In this document: positions 18,729-28,404 of the stretch, piece by piece
How the letters are laid out: every line of letters begins with the position of its first letter
How positions within the stretch are numbered: the stretch's first letter is position 1
Assembly (NCBI GenBank): GCA_902566315.1
Contig: CACFIL010000001.1
Coordinates: 7,977-71,976, forward strand
Reading direction: 5' to 3'
Length of the DNA stretch: 64,000 nt
DNA from: an uncultured Pelagibacteraceae bacterium
GTDB taxonomy: Bacteria > Pseudomonadota > Alphaproteobacteria > Pelagibacterales > Pelagibacteraceae
The notes under the pieces: model-generated
The model's database searches: none
What the model was told of the DNA's origin: nothing
What the model saw: only the letters and a program-made list of their open reading frames with translations
Made by a program: the position numbers and the translations under genes

Positions 18729-19499
18729 ATGATTAAATCTCATATTCTTTTTGACAATACAAAAACATCAAAAAAAATTAAAAATTTTCTAGATCATAAA
18801 ATCAAAAACATATCATTAGGTAAATGTAATCTAATAATTGTTATTGGAGGTGATGGCTTCATGCTTTCGTCTTTGAAAAAGTATAATAAATACAAAAAAC
18901 CTTTCTATGGTATAAATGCTGGGAGTTATGGTTTTTTAATGAATAAATTTTCTTCAAGAAATACAGTAAAAAATTTGTCTAAGGCAAAGTCTGTCACAAT
19001 TTCACCGTTAGAAATGGTTGTTAAAAATAAATTTAATAAAAATAAAAAATCTATTGCAATCAACGAGGTATCTATATTAAGACAAAGTAGACAAACAGCC
19101 TCGTTGGAAATTTCTAGTGGATCACAGAAAATTATAAAAAAATTAGTATCTGATGGAATTTTAGTTTCTACTCCAGCTGGAAGTACTGCTTATAATATGT
19201 CAGTTTATGGTCCTATATTAAACTTAGACTCGAAGAAGTTGTCTATTAGACCAATTAGTGCTTTTAGACCAAGAAGATGGAAGGGAAGAGTAGTTAGTGA
19301 TAAATCAAAAATTATTATTAAAAATTTGAACACACAAAAGAGACCTATTAGTGCTGTAGCTGACAATTACGAAGTAAGAAATGCTAAAGTTATTTCTATA
19401 AAAATAAATAAAAAAATTAAGTTCGATCTTCTGTACGACTCAAATAGAAGTCTTCAAAAAAAAATTAAAATAGAACAGATCAGAAAAGAAACAAATTAA
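18729..19499 (+). CDS. nadK: NAD kinase
   Basis: IGGDGFML, GFLMN, AINEV, DGILVSTPAGSTAY. Confidence 0.93.
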   Translation: MIKSHILFDNTKTSKKIKNFLDHKIKNISLGKCNLIIVIGGDGFMLSSLKKYNKYKKPFYGINAGSYGFLMNKFSSRNTVKNLSKAKSVTISPLEMVVKNKFNKNKKSIAINEVSILRQSRQTASLEISSGSQKIIKKLVSDGILVSTPAGSTAYNMSVYGPILNLDSKKLSIRPISAFRPRRWKGRVVSDKSKIIIKNLNTQKRPISAVADNYEVRNAKVISIKINKKIKFDLLYDSNRSLQKKIKIEQIRKETN

Positions 19500-20647
19500 T
19501 GAGCAACAAAAATTTTGGGTTTGGAACTCAAATTAGAAAATCTCCATATTTTGACTCAACAGTTAAATGGGGAGCTACTGGTTTTTCAGTATATAATCAT
19601 ATGTATATACCCCGTGATTTCGGCGATCCTGAACAAAACTTCTGGAACTTAATTGAAACAGCAATTTTATGTGACGTTGCAGTTGAAAGACAAGTTGAAA
19701 TTACTGGACCAGATGCATTTAAATTTATTCAATTATTAACCCCAAGAGATTTATCAAAATTATCAATTGGTCAATGTAAATATGTTTTAATTACAAACGC
19801 AGAAGGTGGGGTGCTAAATGACCCTGTTCTTTTAAGATTGGGTGAAAATCACTTTTGGTTATCTTTAGGTGATAGTGATATTTTATTGTGGGCTCAAGGA
19901 GTAGCAATTAACTCTGGATTAAATGTGAAAATAACAGAACCAGATGTTTCCCCATTACAATTACAAGGTCCTAAGTCTGCTGAAATAATGATTAAATTAT
20001 TAGGAGAAAGTATAAAAGATTTAAAATATTATTGGTTTAGAGAATTAGATTTAGATGGAATACCATTAATTGTATCAAGAACTGGTTGGTCAAGTGAATT
20101 TGGTTATGAGCTGTTTTTAAGAGATGGTTCAAAAGGAAATGAATTATATGAAAAAATTATGTTAGCAGGTAAGGAATTTGGATTAAAACCTGGTCACACT
20201 TCTTCTATTAGAAGAATAGAAGGTGGAATGCTTTCTTACCATGCTGATGCAGATATACATACAAACCCATTTGAATTGGGTCTAGATCGTTTAGTTAACT
20301 TGGATAGTGAAATTAATTTTATTGGTAAAGAAGCACTTAAAAAAATTAAAGCCAAAGGAGTAAAAAGATTACAAGTTGGTTTAGAAATTAAATGTGAAAG
20401 GTTAAGTGGCCCAAATACAACTTTTTGGCCTTTAAAGAGTAAAAATAAAAATATTGGAAAGGTTACTTCAGCAGTTTATTCCCCACGCTTAAAAAAAAAT
20501 ATTGCTTTAGGTATAGTCGATATTGATTACTCAAAAATTGGTTTAGAGATTGAAGTTACTATTGATAATAAGACATTTAAGTGTGATGTCATTGAAAAAC
20601 CTTTTTTTGATCCGAAAAAGCAGATTACATCTAAATCATTAGAATAG
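19499..20647 (+). CDS. GcvT-family (DmdA-like) THF-dependent aminomethyltransferase/demethylase
   Basis: VYNHM, DVAVERQVEI.G.DA, NDPVLLRL, DSD, QGPKS, SRTGWS.E.GYE, RIEGG. Confidence 0.85.
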   Translation: MSNKNFGFGTQIRKSPYFDSTVKWGATGFSVYNHMYIPRDFGDPEQNFWNLIETAILCDVAVERQVEITGPDAFKFIQLLTPRDLSKLSIGQCKYVLITNAEGGVLNDPVLLRLGENHFWLSLGDSDILLWAQGVAINSGLNVKITEPDVSPLQLQGPKSAEIMIKLLGESIKDLKYYWFRELDLDGIPLIVSRTGWSSEFGYELFLRDGSKGNELYEKIMLAGKEFGLKPGHTSSIRRIEGGMLSYHADADIHTNPFELGLDRLVNLDSEINFIGKEALKKIKAKGVKRLQVGLEIKCERLSGPNTTFWPLKSKNKNIGKVTSAVYSPRLKKNIALGIVDIDYSKIGLEIEVTIDNKTFKCDVIEKPFFDPKKQITSKSLE

Positions 20648-20718
20648 CTTATAAATATTTTCTGAATATTTCAAATCTCGACACAATAATACTGAAGTGT
20701 TAAAATATTGATATTATT

Positions 20719-21264
20719 ATGAAAATAGATATTAGTCGATTACTAGAAGAGGGTGATGCTTATTTTAAAAATGGTCAACTTCTCAAGGCTGAAATGATCT
20801 ATAAAAAAATAATAAATCATCAACCTAGTCATATTCAAGCACATAATAATCTTGGTGTTACATTTCAAAAATTAGGTAAATTGAGGGAAGCTGAATTAAT
20901 TTATAAAAAAGCCATAGAAATAAATCCTAATAATTTAAGTGCTTATAACAATTTAGGAATTGTATTTCACGCATTGGGAAAATTTGATGAAGCTGAATTG
21001 AGTTTAAGAAAAACTATATTACTTAAACCCAATTACGCTATGGCTTATAGCAATCTTGGAATAATTGTAGAAAAGCTTGGTAGATTAGCTGAAGCTAAAG
21101 AAATTTACAAAAAGGCTTTAAGTCTAGACCCAAATAATAAAAAAACTGTTATAGCTTATGGTGAATTGTTACTTAAATTAAATGAGCATAATTATGGTTT
21201 AGACTTAATAGCTCAAGCACAGGGTGTTATATCTTTTACTCAAAAAGATTTTAAAATTATTTAG
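20719..21264 (+). CDS. tetratricopeptide repeat protein
   Basis: Repeated A(H/Y)(N/S)NLG...LG...EA...Y.KA...P units at 34-aa spacing. Confidence 0.9.
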   Translation: MKIDISRLLEEGDAYFKNGQLLKAEMIYKKIINHQPSHIQAHNNLGVTFQKLGKLREAELIYKKAIEINPNNLSAYNNLGIVFHALGKFDEAELSLRKTILLKPNYAMAYSNLGIIVEKLGRLAEAKEIYKKALSLDPNNKKTVIAYGELLLKLNEHNYGLDLIAQAQGVISFTQKDFKII

Positions 21265-21266
21265 CA

Positions 21267-21893
21267 ATGAAAAGAATTAATATCAGATCAAACATAGTAA
21301 AAAATGACGAACAAAATCCACATTTTATTGGTGCTTGGAATTTAGAAGATGATGATTTGTGTAAAGAAATTATCAATTTTTTTGAAAAAAATAAAAATTT
21401 ACAAAGAGATGGAGTATCTGGTTCTGGCAAAAATCTAGAGATTAAAAAAACTACAGACATTGTAATTAATGCAAGTGATTTAAAAAATGAAAAATTTAAA
21501 TGTCTAAACAAATATATTAATAACTTATTTGAAAGTTTTAAAGATTATCAAAATCAGTGGCCATTTTTAAAGAGTTTATTTAAAGAGATTCATATAGGAA
21601 AATTTAATATTCAAAAATATTCTCCTGGTGGACATTTTGCTAAAGTTCATACAGAGAGAAGTTCTATTTCATCTTCACACAGATTATTTGCATGGATGAC
21701 TTACTTAAATAATGTTGAAGATGGTGGTACAACACATTTTTCACATTACAATATAGAGATAAAACCAGAAATAGGCAAAACACTAATTTGGCCTGCTGAG
21801 TGGACACACGCTCACAATGGAAAAATTTTAAATAGTGGCGTTAAGTATATTGTTACAGGATGGATGCACTTTCCACATTCTATAGATAAATAA
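21267..21893 (+). CDS. 2OG-Fe(II) oxygenase (prolyl-hydroxylase-like)
   Basis: NIQKY.PGG, H.E, R.FAWMTYLN, GG.T.F, IWPA.WTH.H, KYIVTGW. Confidence 0.88.
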   Translation: MKRINIRSNIVKNDEQNPHFIGAWNLEDDDLCKEIINFFEKNKNLQRDGVSGSGKNLEIKKTTDIVINASDLKNEKFKCLNKYINNLFESFKDYQNQWPFLKSLFKEIHIGKFNIQKYSPGGHFAKVHTERSSISSSHRLFAWMTYLNNVEDGGTTHFSHYNIEIKPEIGKTLIWPAEWTHAHNGKILNSGVKYIVTGWMHFPHSIDK

Positions 21894-21925
21894 ACCAACT
21901 TATAAATTCTTTTATTTATTTGATG

Positions 21926-21976
21926 TGGTGCCCCTGCACGGATTCGAACTGCAGACCTATTGATTACAAATCAATT
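21926..21976 (-). repeat. 51-bp duplicated 3' portion of tRNA-Thr(TGT) (att-like direct repeat)
   Basis: 47/51 nt identical to 23510-23560. Contains the anticodon arm, T arm and CCA but lacks the 5' acceptor strand and D arm. Confidence 0.92.
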
Positions 21977-22066
21977 ATTAAGGTTCAAATAAACATTTGT
22001 TTACAACAACAATCTCTAAATATTTTTAATCTGGTGAAACTATGGACACAGTGATAATAATAAAAA

Positions 22067-22873
22067 ATGAAAAAACTTTTAGTGATAGTTGTTCTGTGTT
22101 TGTTGTTAAATGGCAATGCTCATGCTGCCACAAAGTGGGGCAAAGGTGAATTAAAATTAGATAACTATGTTGTAGAAAAATTCATAGAATATATAAAAGG
22201 AAATGTTACAAAAACACCTTATCTTTTTGCAGTTTCAAAAGATGGATGGGGGTATCAATACTATTATTGTGGATCTGGTGGGGGCTGCGCTGGAGGTGGT
22301 GAAAGTATTTTACAAGAATGTGCTAAATATTCCAAGGGTGTAGAGTGTTCCTTGTTTGCAAGAAAACGTACTATAAAATGGAAGAACGGTATTAATCCTG
22401 GAAAAGGCAAAGTATCCAAAATTTCAAGTAAATGGTCTGATGCAGAAATTAGAAACAAATTAACTGAACTTGGTTTTTTAGGGAACGCCACATCATCTTC
22501 TTCTTCTACAAGTGAAATAAAAGAAATAGAGGTAAAAAAAAAGGAAACAAAAACTGTAAAAAAATATGAGTTAAAAGGAGAAAGGGCATTAGCTTTAAGT
22601 TGGGAAGGTTATCAAGACCTAATTGCTGGAAGTTTAAAATTTGATGAAAAGAATTATAAGGGAAACATTAACCTGTCGTTACCTAATGACGATGGGACAT
22701 GTGAAGGAAGTTACATATTACAGGATAATGGAAGAGGAACTTGGAACTTATCTTGCTCAAATAACATGGGTGCAGCTGGTACATTAAAATGGAAAAAAGA
22801 TGGAGGTGTGACCGGTATAGGCAGGGATTTTAATGATAATAAAGTAAAGTTTACCGTATCTAAACAATCATAA
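22067..22873 (+). CDS. hypothetical secreted two-domain Cys-containing protein
   Basis: Signal peptide (GNAHA), Cys-paired N-domain, Ser-rich linker, Gly-rich C-domain. Confidence 0.8.
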   Translation: MKKLLVIVVLCLLLNGNAHAATKWGKGELKLDNYVVEKFIEYIKGNVTKTPYLFAVSKDGWGYQYYYCGSGGGCAGGGESILQECAKYSKGVECSLFARKRTIKWKNGINPGKGKVSKISSKWSDAEIRNKLTELGFLGNATSSSSSTSEIKEIEVKKKETKTVKKYELKGERALALSWEGYQDLIAGSLKFDEKNYKGNINLSLPNDDGTCEGSYILQDNGRGTWNLSCSNNMGAAGTLKWKKDGGVTGIGRDFNDNKVKFTVSKQS

Positions 22874-22877
22874 TTTT

Positions 22878-23414
22878 ATGAAAAATCTTTTAGGATTAGT
22901 GTTTCTGAGTTTGTTGTTAAGTGGGAATGCTTATGCGGCTACAAAATATACCTACTTATCCTGTAAAGCTATTATAAAAAAAAATGACTCCAAGGATGCT
23001 GCTTTTTCATCCAATAATGACCATTTAAAGATTGGATCAAACAACAGTCATTACTTTTATAAATTTAAGGATAATAAAAAAAAATCTAAAGTTTGGATAT
23101 ATCATCAAGGTACATTTGTAGAATCAGATTGGAAGTCAATGAAGCCAAAAGAGTACACACGAAATGGAGTCAAATGGGATAAAATTAATAAAAAAGAACA
23201 TTCATATACTTTTGCAGATATGGCTCAGTCTGAAGGAAGTATTTTAACCACAGGCTTTGTAATACAAAAAATTAATAATGAATATTTTAATACTACAACA
23301 TTTACTTGGAATAAAAATGGACAAAACCAAATTGATTTGGCTATGGATCAAAAATGTTCTGTTGTAGACAAAAAAGATCTTAAATTATTTCTTAAGAATG
23401 GTGTTCAATATTAA
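22878..23414 (+). CDS. hypothetical secreted protein
   Basis: Signal peptide (GNAYA) and two Cys near the ends of the mature part. Confidence 0.8.
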   Translation: MKNLLGLVFLSLLLSGNAYAATKYTYLSCKAIIKKNDSKDAAFSSNNDHLKIGSNNSHYFYKFKDNKKKSKVWIYHQGTFVESDWKSMKPKEYTRNGVKWDKINKKEHSYTFADMAQSEGSILTTGFVIQKINNEYFNTTTFTWNKNGQNQIDLAMDQKCSVVDKKDLKLFLKNGVQY

Positions 23415-23424
23415 TAAATTGTAT

Positions 23425-23445
23425 TGGTAGCACTATGGTAGCACT
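23425..23445. repeat. tandem direct repeat TGGTAGCACT x2 (11-bp period)
   Basis: Exact copies at 23425-23434 and 23436-23445, about 65 bp from the tRNA-Thr 3' end. Confidence 0.85.
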
Positions 23446-23509
23446 TATTTTTACCAAACTATTAAATTATAATTTTGCAAAAATAATAAGTGTTGATTTT
23501 ATTGAATGA

Positions 23510-23585
23510 TGGTGCCCCCGCACGGACTCGAACCGCGGACCTATTGATTACAAATCAATTGCTCTACCAGCTGAGCTACAAGGGC
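23510..23585 (-). tRNA. tRNA-Thr(TGT)
   Basis: Reverse complement GCCCTTGTAGCTCAGCTGGTAGAGC...ATTGA-TTTGTAA-TCAAT...GTTCGAGTC...GGGCACCA, 76 nt. Confidence 0.96.
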
Positions 23586-23626
23586 ACGAAAGGTTTTGTA
23601 ATATCATTTAATTTATTATCAAGAAA

Positions 23627-24364
23627 TTATTTTTGTTGATTTATATGGTGAAATACAATTGCAGCACTATTAGATATATTTAAACTCTCAATATTTTTGT
23701 TGATATCAATTTTAACATTAAAATCTGTATATTTTTTAGTATGTTTGTTTAGACCATATCCTTCAGAACCAAATAGCAAGATATTGTTTCCACTCCATTT
23801 TACCTCTGTAAAATTTTTATCACTATTTGCAGTAAAACCATAAACCCAAAAATTTTTATCTCTTAAAAATTTTAAGGTTGTGTTGATGTTTGATACTTGA
23901 AAAATATTTAGATGTTCAACACAACCACTTGCAGATTTATATAATAATTTACTTTCACTAGGAAAATGTCTTTCTTTGACTATAAGGCCATCAATATTAA
24001 ATGATGCTGCACTTCTAATTAATGAGCCAATATTTCTAGGATCTGTTACTTCATCCAAACAAACAAATGTTAAATCATTTTTTTCTTTGATAAATTGTTT
24101 TAGTTTGAGATTTTCTAAATGTTCTATTTCTGCAACGTAACCTTGATGAAGAATATTCTCACTTTTACAATACTTATCTAACTCTTTTTTAGTTTTAAAA
24201 AAGACTTTTATGTCTTTAAGTAAGTTTCTATTGGGATTTTGTTTATGAATATTTTTTTTACTATCCTCTGTTAGAAAAATTTTTAAAACTCTTCTTTTTT
24301 GGTTTTTTAAAGCCTCTATTACTGCATGACGACCTGCTATGAAAAAGGAAGATTTTTCAGTCAT
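23627..24364 (-). CDS. rlmB: 23S rRNA Gm2251 methyltransferase (TrmH/SpoU family)
   Basis: GRHAV.EAL, HQG, LDEVTDPRNIGSLIRSA, GSEG.GL, ESLN.S. Confidence 0.9.
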   Translation of the reverse strand: MTEKSSFFIAGRHAVIEALKNQKRRVLKIFLTEDSKKNIHKQNPNRNLLKDIKVFFKTKKELDKYCKSENILHQGYVAEIEHLENLKLKQFIKEKNDLTFVCLDEVTDPRNIGSLIRSAASFNIDGLIVKERHFPSESKLLYKSASGCVEHLNIFQVSNINTTLKFLRDKNFWVYGFTANSDKNFTEVKWSGNNILLFGSEGYGLNKHTKKYTDFNVKIDINKNIESLNISNSAAIVFHHINQQK

Positions 24365-24495
24365 ATTTTCTCAATTTTATAGGTTTTTACACTATTTTTC
24401 TTAAAATTCACGTATTGCATTTGTATAATAAAAATATATAAAACGCATGTTGTTTAAAGCTTTATTGAACATGGGGACGCTTCCCCTGCTACTAG

Positions 24496-24581
<86 letters not shown>

Positions 24582-24624
24582 TTAAATAAAACTTTATTTA
24601 ACTTTGGAGTGCACACTTGGGTAT

Positions 24625-24698
24625 GCGGGTGTAGTTCAGTGGTAGAACACTAGCCTTCCAAGCTGGTTGCGTGAGTTCGATTCTCATCACCCGCTCCA
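24625..24698 (+). tRNA. tRNA-Gly(TCC)
   Basis: GCGGGTG/CACCCGC stem, CTAGC-CTTCCAA-GCTGG arm, CCA. Confidence 0.96.
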
Positions 24699-24739
24699 AA
24701 AATTATAATTTAAAAAATGTAAAGTGAGGAAAAAAAGTA

Positions 24740-25930
24740 ATGTCGAAGGAAAAATTTGTAAGAAACAAACCGCATTGTAATATTGGAACAATCGGACATG
24801 TTGATCACGGTAAAACAACACTAACAGCAGCAATAACAAAAGTTTTAGCAGAAGGTGGTGGAGCCAACTTTGTTGCATACGATCAGATTGATAAAGCGCC
24901 TGAGGAAAAAGAGAGAGGAATAACAATTTCAACAGCTCATGTAGAATATGAAACTGCCAACAGACATTACGCTCATGTAGATTGTCCAGGTCACGCAGAC
25001 TACGTAAAAAATATGATTACAGGTGCAGCACAAATGGATGGAGCAATTTTAGTTGTTAATGCAGCAGATGGTCCAATGCCACAGACAAGAGAACATATTC
25101 TTCTTGCTCGTCAAGTCGGAGTTCCAGCAATTGTTGTCTATTTAAATAAAGTTGATCAAGTTGATGATAAAGAAATGATTGATTTAGTTGAGGAAGAAAT
25201 TAAAGATTTATTAACATCATACAAATTCCCAGGTGATAAAACTCCAATTGTAAAAGGATCAGCTTTAGCTGCAGTAGAAGGAAGAGATGATGAAATTGGA
25301 AAGAATTCAATAATGGATTTAATGAAAGCTGTTGACGAATTTATTCCACAACCAGACAGACCAAAAGATAAAGATTTCTTAATGCCTGTTGAAGATGTTT
25401 TTTCGATTTCAGGAAGAGGAACTGTTGTAACTGGAAGAGTAGAGTCAGGTGTTATTAAAACTGGAGAGGAAATAGAAATAGTAGGGATCAGAGAAACTAA
25501 AAAATCAGTTTGTACAGGAGTAGAAATGTTTAGAAAACTTTTAGACTCTGGTGAAGCAGGCGATAACATTGGCGCACTATTAAGAGGCGTTGAAAGAACA
25601 GATGTTGAAAGAGGTCAAGTTTTGTGCAAACCAGGTTCTATAAAACCTCACACTAAATTTGAAGCTCAAGCCTATGTTTTAAAAAAAGAAGAGGGCGGAA
25701 GACATACGCCGTTTTTCACTAAATATAGACCTCAATTTTACTTTAGAACAACAGATGTAACTGGCGAGGTAGAATTACCAGCTGGAACAGAAATGGTAAT
25801 GCCAGGAGATGATGCTAAATTTACAGTAAAACTTATCACACCAATTGCAATGGATGAAAAACTTAACTTTGCAATTAGAGAAGGTGGTAGAACAGTAGGA
25901 GCTGGAGTAGTAACTAAGATTATAGAGTAA
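24740..25930 (+). CDS. tuf: elongation factor Tu
   Basis: [21 protein letters not shown]. Confidence 0.99.
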   Translation: MSKEKFVRNKPHCNIGTIGHVDHGKTTLTAAITKVLAEGGGANFVAYDQIDKAPEEKERGITISTAHVEYETANRHYAHVDCPGHADYVKNMITGAAQMDGAILVVNAADGPMPQTREHILLARQVGVPAIVVYLNKVDQVDDKEMIDLVEEEIKDLLTSYKFPGDKTPIVKGSALAAVEGRDDEIGKNSIMDLMKAVDEFIPQPDRPKDKDFLMPVEDVFSISGRGTVVTGRVESGVIKTGEEIEIVGIRETKKSVCTGVEMFRKLLDSGEAGDNIGALLRGVERTDVERGQVLCKPGSIKPHTKFEAQAYVLKKEEGGRHTPFFTKYRPQFYFRTTDVTGEVELPAGTEMVMPGDDAKFTVKLITPIAMDEKLNFAIREGGRTVGAGVVTKIIE

Positions 25931-25937
25931 ACTCAAT

Positions 25938-26013
25938 AGGAGTGTAGCTCAATTGGTAGAGCGCCGGTCTCCAAAACCGGAGGTTGGGGGTTCGATTCCC
26001 TTCGCTCCTGCCA
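25938..26013 (+). tRNA. tRNA-Trp(CCA)
   Basis: AGGAGTG/CGCTCCT stem, CCGGT-CTCCAAA-ACCGG arm, CCA. Canonical tuf-trpT-secE position. Confidence 0.96.
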
Positions 26014-26032
26014 ATATTTGTTAGATGAAAAT

Positions 26033-26224
26033 ATGAAAAACCCGCTTAAATTTATCCAGGATGTGAAGCAAGAAGCATTTAAAGTCACATGGCCTACTGC
26101 AAAAGAAACAGTGCAAGGAGCTTTGATGGTTTTTGCAATGGCAGTTTTGGCTTCATTATTTTTTTTACTGTTAGACCAAGTTTTAAAATTTTTTTTAGAA
26201 ATTATTCTTAAGGTAAGTATATAA
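26033..26224 (+). CDS. secE: preprotein translocase SecE
   Basis: E..KVTWP motif and one TM helix. Confidence 0.95.
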   Translation: MKNPLKFIQDVKQEAFKVTWPTAKETVQGALMVFAMAVLASLFFLLLDQVLKFFLEIILKVSI

Positions 26225-26754
26225 TGAAGAATTGGTATATTGTTCAATCTCATTCAAGCTTTGAAAATAAAGTTGCAAAGCAAATTAAAGAAGAGGCTGA
26301 TAAAGCAGAAATTTCAGATAAGATTGAGGAAATTATAGTTCCAACTCACGATGTTACTGAAGTAAAGAGAGGAAAAAGAGTTCAAAGAAAAAAAAAATAT
26401 TTTCCTGGTTATATTTTAATTAAGAGTGAAATGGATAATAGCATTTATCATATGATTAAAAATTTAAAAAAGGTAAGTGGCTTTCTGGGATCAAGAGGAT
26501 CACCAATCCCAGTATCAGACAAAGAAGTTGAAAAAATATTAGGTCAGATAAAAGATGGAGTTGCACAACCAAAATCTGCTGTTGAATACAATGTTGGAGA
26601 AAAGGTTCAAGTTATTGACGGACCATTTGCTTCATTCAATGGTTTAGTTGAGGATATAGATGAAGAAAAACTGAGATTAAAAGTTTCTGTCTCAATTTTT
26701 GGTCGACCTACACCTGTTGATTTAGAATTTAACCAAGTTGAAAAGACAAGCTAA
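26224..26754 (+). CDS. nusG: transcription factor NusG
   Basis: WYIVQ, FPGY, KOW motif, SIFGRPTPV. Confidence 0.98.
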   Translation: MKNWYIVQSHSSFENKVAKQIKEEADKAEISDKIEEIIVPTHDVTEVKRGKRVQRKKKYFPGYILIKSEMDNSIYHMIKNLKKVSGFLGSRGSPIPVSDKEVEKILGQIKDGVAQPKSAVEYNVGEKVQVIDGPFASFNGLVEDIDEEKLRLKVSVSIFGRPTPVDLEFNQVEKTS

Positions 26755-27182
26755 TGGCAAAAAAAGAAATAAGTGGATACGTAAAGTTACAAATTAAAGG
26801 TGGCCAAGCCAATCCAGCACCACCTGTAGGACCTGCTTTAGGTCAAAGAGGCATTAACATTATGGAATTTTGTAAAGCTTTTAATGATAAAACAAAATCT
26901 TTTGCTGGAAAACCTGTACCAGTAATAATTACTGTTTATAAAGATAAAAAGTTCGATTTTGTAATTAAATCACCACCAGCATCACATTTTATAAAAGAAG
27001 CAATGAAGTTAAAAAGTGGATCAAAGGAGCCTGGGAGAAACATTATTGGTACTATTTCTAAACAGCAATTAAAAGATATAGCTGAAAAAAAAATGGAAGA
27101 TTTAAACGCTCATGATTTGGATGAAGCTGCAAAAATTATTGCTGGTTCTGCACGATCAATGGGAATAGAGGTAAAAGAGTAA
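26754..27182 (+). CDS. rplK: 50S protein L11
   Basis: [12 protein letters not shown]. Confidence 0.98.
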   Translation: MAKKEISGYVKLQIKGGQANPAPPVGPALGQRGINIMEFCKAFNDKTKSFAGKPVPVIITVYKDKKFDFVIKSPPASHFIKEAMKLKSGSKEPGRNIIGTISKQQLKDIAEKKMEDLNAHDLDEAAKIIAGSARSMGIEVKE

Positions 27183-27184
27183 AT

Positions 27185-27871
27185 ATGTCAAAAAGATATA
27201 AGAAATTACCAAAAGATAGTAAAGAATTGAGTGCTGTCACTATTGATAAAATTTTAAATACTATAAAAGCAAATTGCACAGCAAAGTTTGATGAGTCTGT
27301 GGATCTAAGCTTTATAATTAATAATAAACAAAAAAAAAATGAAATTAATCTCAGAACAGTTGTTAATCTACCAGGGGGCACTGGAAAAACTGTTAAGGTG
27401 GCAGTTGTATGTGAAGATGCAAAAATTGAAGAGGCAAAAGCAGCAAATGCAGATATTGTTGGAGGAGATGATTTTGTGGAAAAAATAAAGAACGGTGAAT
27501 TAAATTTTGAAAAACTTATATGTACGCCGTCAATGATGATTAAGTTATCAAAATTAGGAAAAATATTAGGACCAAAAGGATTAATGCCAAATCCGAAATT
27601 AGGCACCGTTACGAATGATATTTCAAAAGCTGTTAACGAAGCAAAAGCAGGGCAAGCCGAGATAAGAAACGATAAAGATGGAAATATTGGTTTAAGTATT
27701 GGAAAGAAATCTTTTGATGATGATAAATTAATTAAAAATTATAATGCGGTTATTGATACATTAGAAAAAGAAAAGTCTAATTTGACAATAAAAGGAGATT
27801 TAATAAAACAAGTTTATATTACTTCAAGTATGGGTGTGTCATATAAAATTAAATTAGAGAAGAATTTTTAG
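27185..27871 (+). CDS. rplA: 50S protein L1
   Basis: KFDESVD, LGPKGLMPNPK. Confidence 0.98.
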   Translation: MSKRYKKLPKDSKELSAVTIDKILNTIKANCTAKFDESVDLSFIINNKQKKNEINLRTVVNLPGGTGKTVKVAVVCEDAKIEEAKAANADIVGGDDFVEKIKNGELNFEKLICTPSMMIKLSKLGKILGPKGLMPNPKLGTVTNDISKAVNEAKAGQAEIRNDKDGNIGLSIGKKSFDDDKLIKNYNAVIDTLEKEKSNLTIKGDLIKQVYITSSMGVSYKIKLEKNF

Positions 27872-27873
27872 TT

Positions 27874-28383
27874 ATGATGAATAAAGAGCAAAAAAAAAAG
27901 TACATAAATGATATGACTTCGCAGTTTGATAAGACAGAAGCTGTTATAGTTACACATTATCAAGGATTAACAGTTACTCAATTGGACGATCTTAGAAAAA
28001 GGATGCGAGAACATGGTATAAAATTTAAAATTACTAATAATAGAATTACCAAGCTAGCTTTGGAAAAAACTAAGTGTAAAGATTTGTCAGATTTGTTCAC
28101 TGGCCCAACCGCTATAGCATTATCAGAGGATGCTATCACTTCAGCAAAAATTTTAACTAAATTTTCAAAAGAAAATGAAAATTTAAAAATCTTAGGTGGA
28201 ATCATGGGTGAAGACATTTTAGACGTAGCTGGAGTCAAAAATGTAGCAACCTTACCATCATTGGAGGAGGCAAGGGCTAAAATTGTAGGTATTTTGAGGT
28301 CTCCAGCACAAAAAATAACAAGTATTTTACTTGCGCCAGCGTCAAAAATCGCTATTTTAGCGCTCGAAAAATCAAAAAAATAA
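27874..28383 (+). CDS. rplJ: 50S protein L10
   Basis: YQGLTV..L..LR, GPTAIA, LPS.EE; synteny. Confidence 0.96.
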   Translation: MMNKEQKKKYINDMTSQFDKTEAVIVTHYQGLTVTQLDDLRKRMREHGIKFKITNNRITKLALEKTKCKDLSDLFTGPTAIALSEDAITSAKILTKFSKENENLKILGGIMGEDILDVAGVKNVATLPSLEEARAKIVGILRSPAQKITSILLAPASKIAILALEKSKK

Positions 28384-28404
28384 CTAGGAACAAAAATTAT
28401 TATT

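Larger units (their letters stand above)
21977..23509. mobile_element. tRNA-Thr-anchored genomic islet without integrase
   Basis: Flanked by the intact tRNA-Thr and its duplicated 3' end. Carries two orphan secreted-protein genes. Confidence 0.8.

Noticed and set aside
20830-21135. Roughly 102-bp periodic repeats
   Set aside because: These are the TPR coding repeats, not a CRISPR or other DNA-level array.
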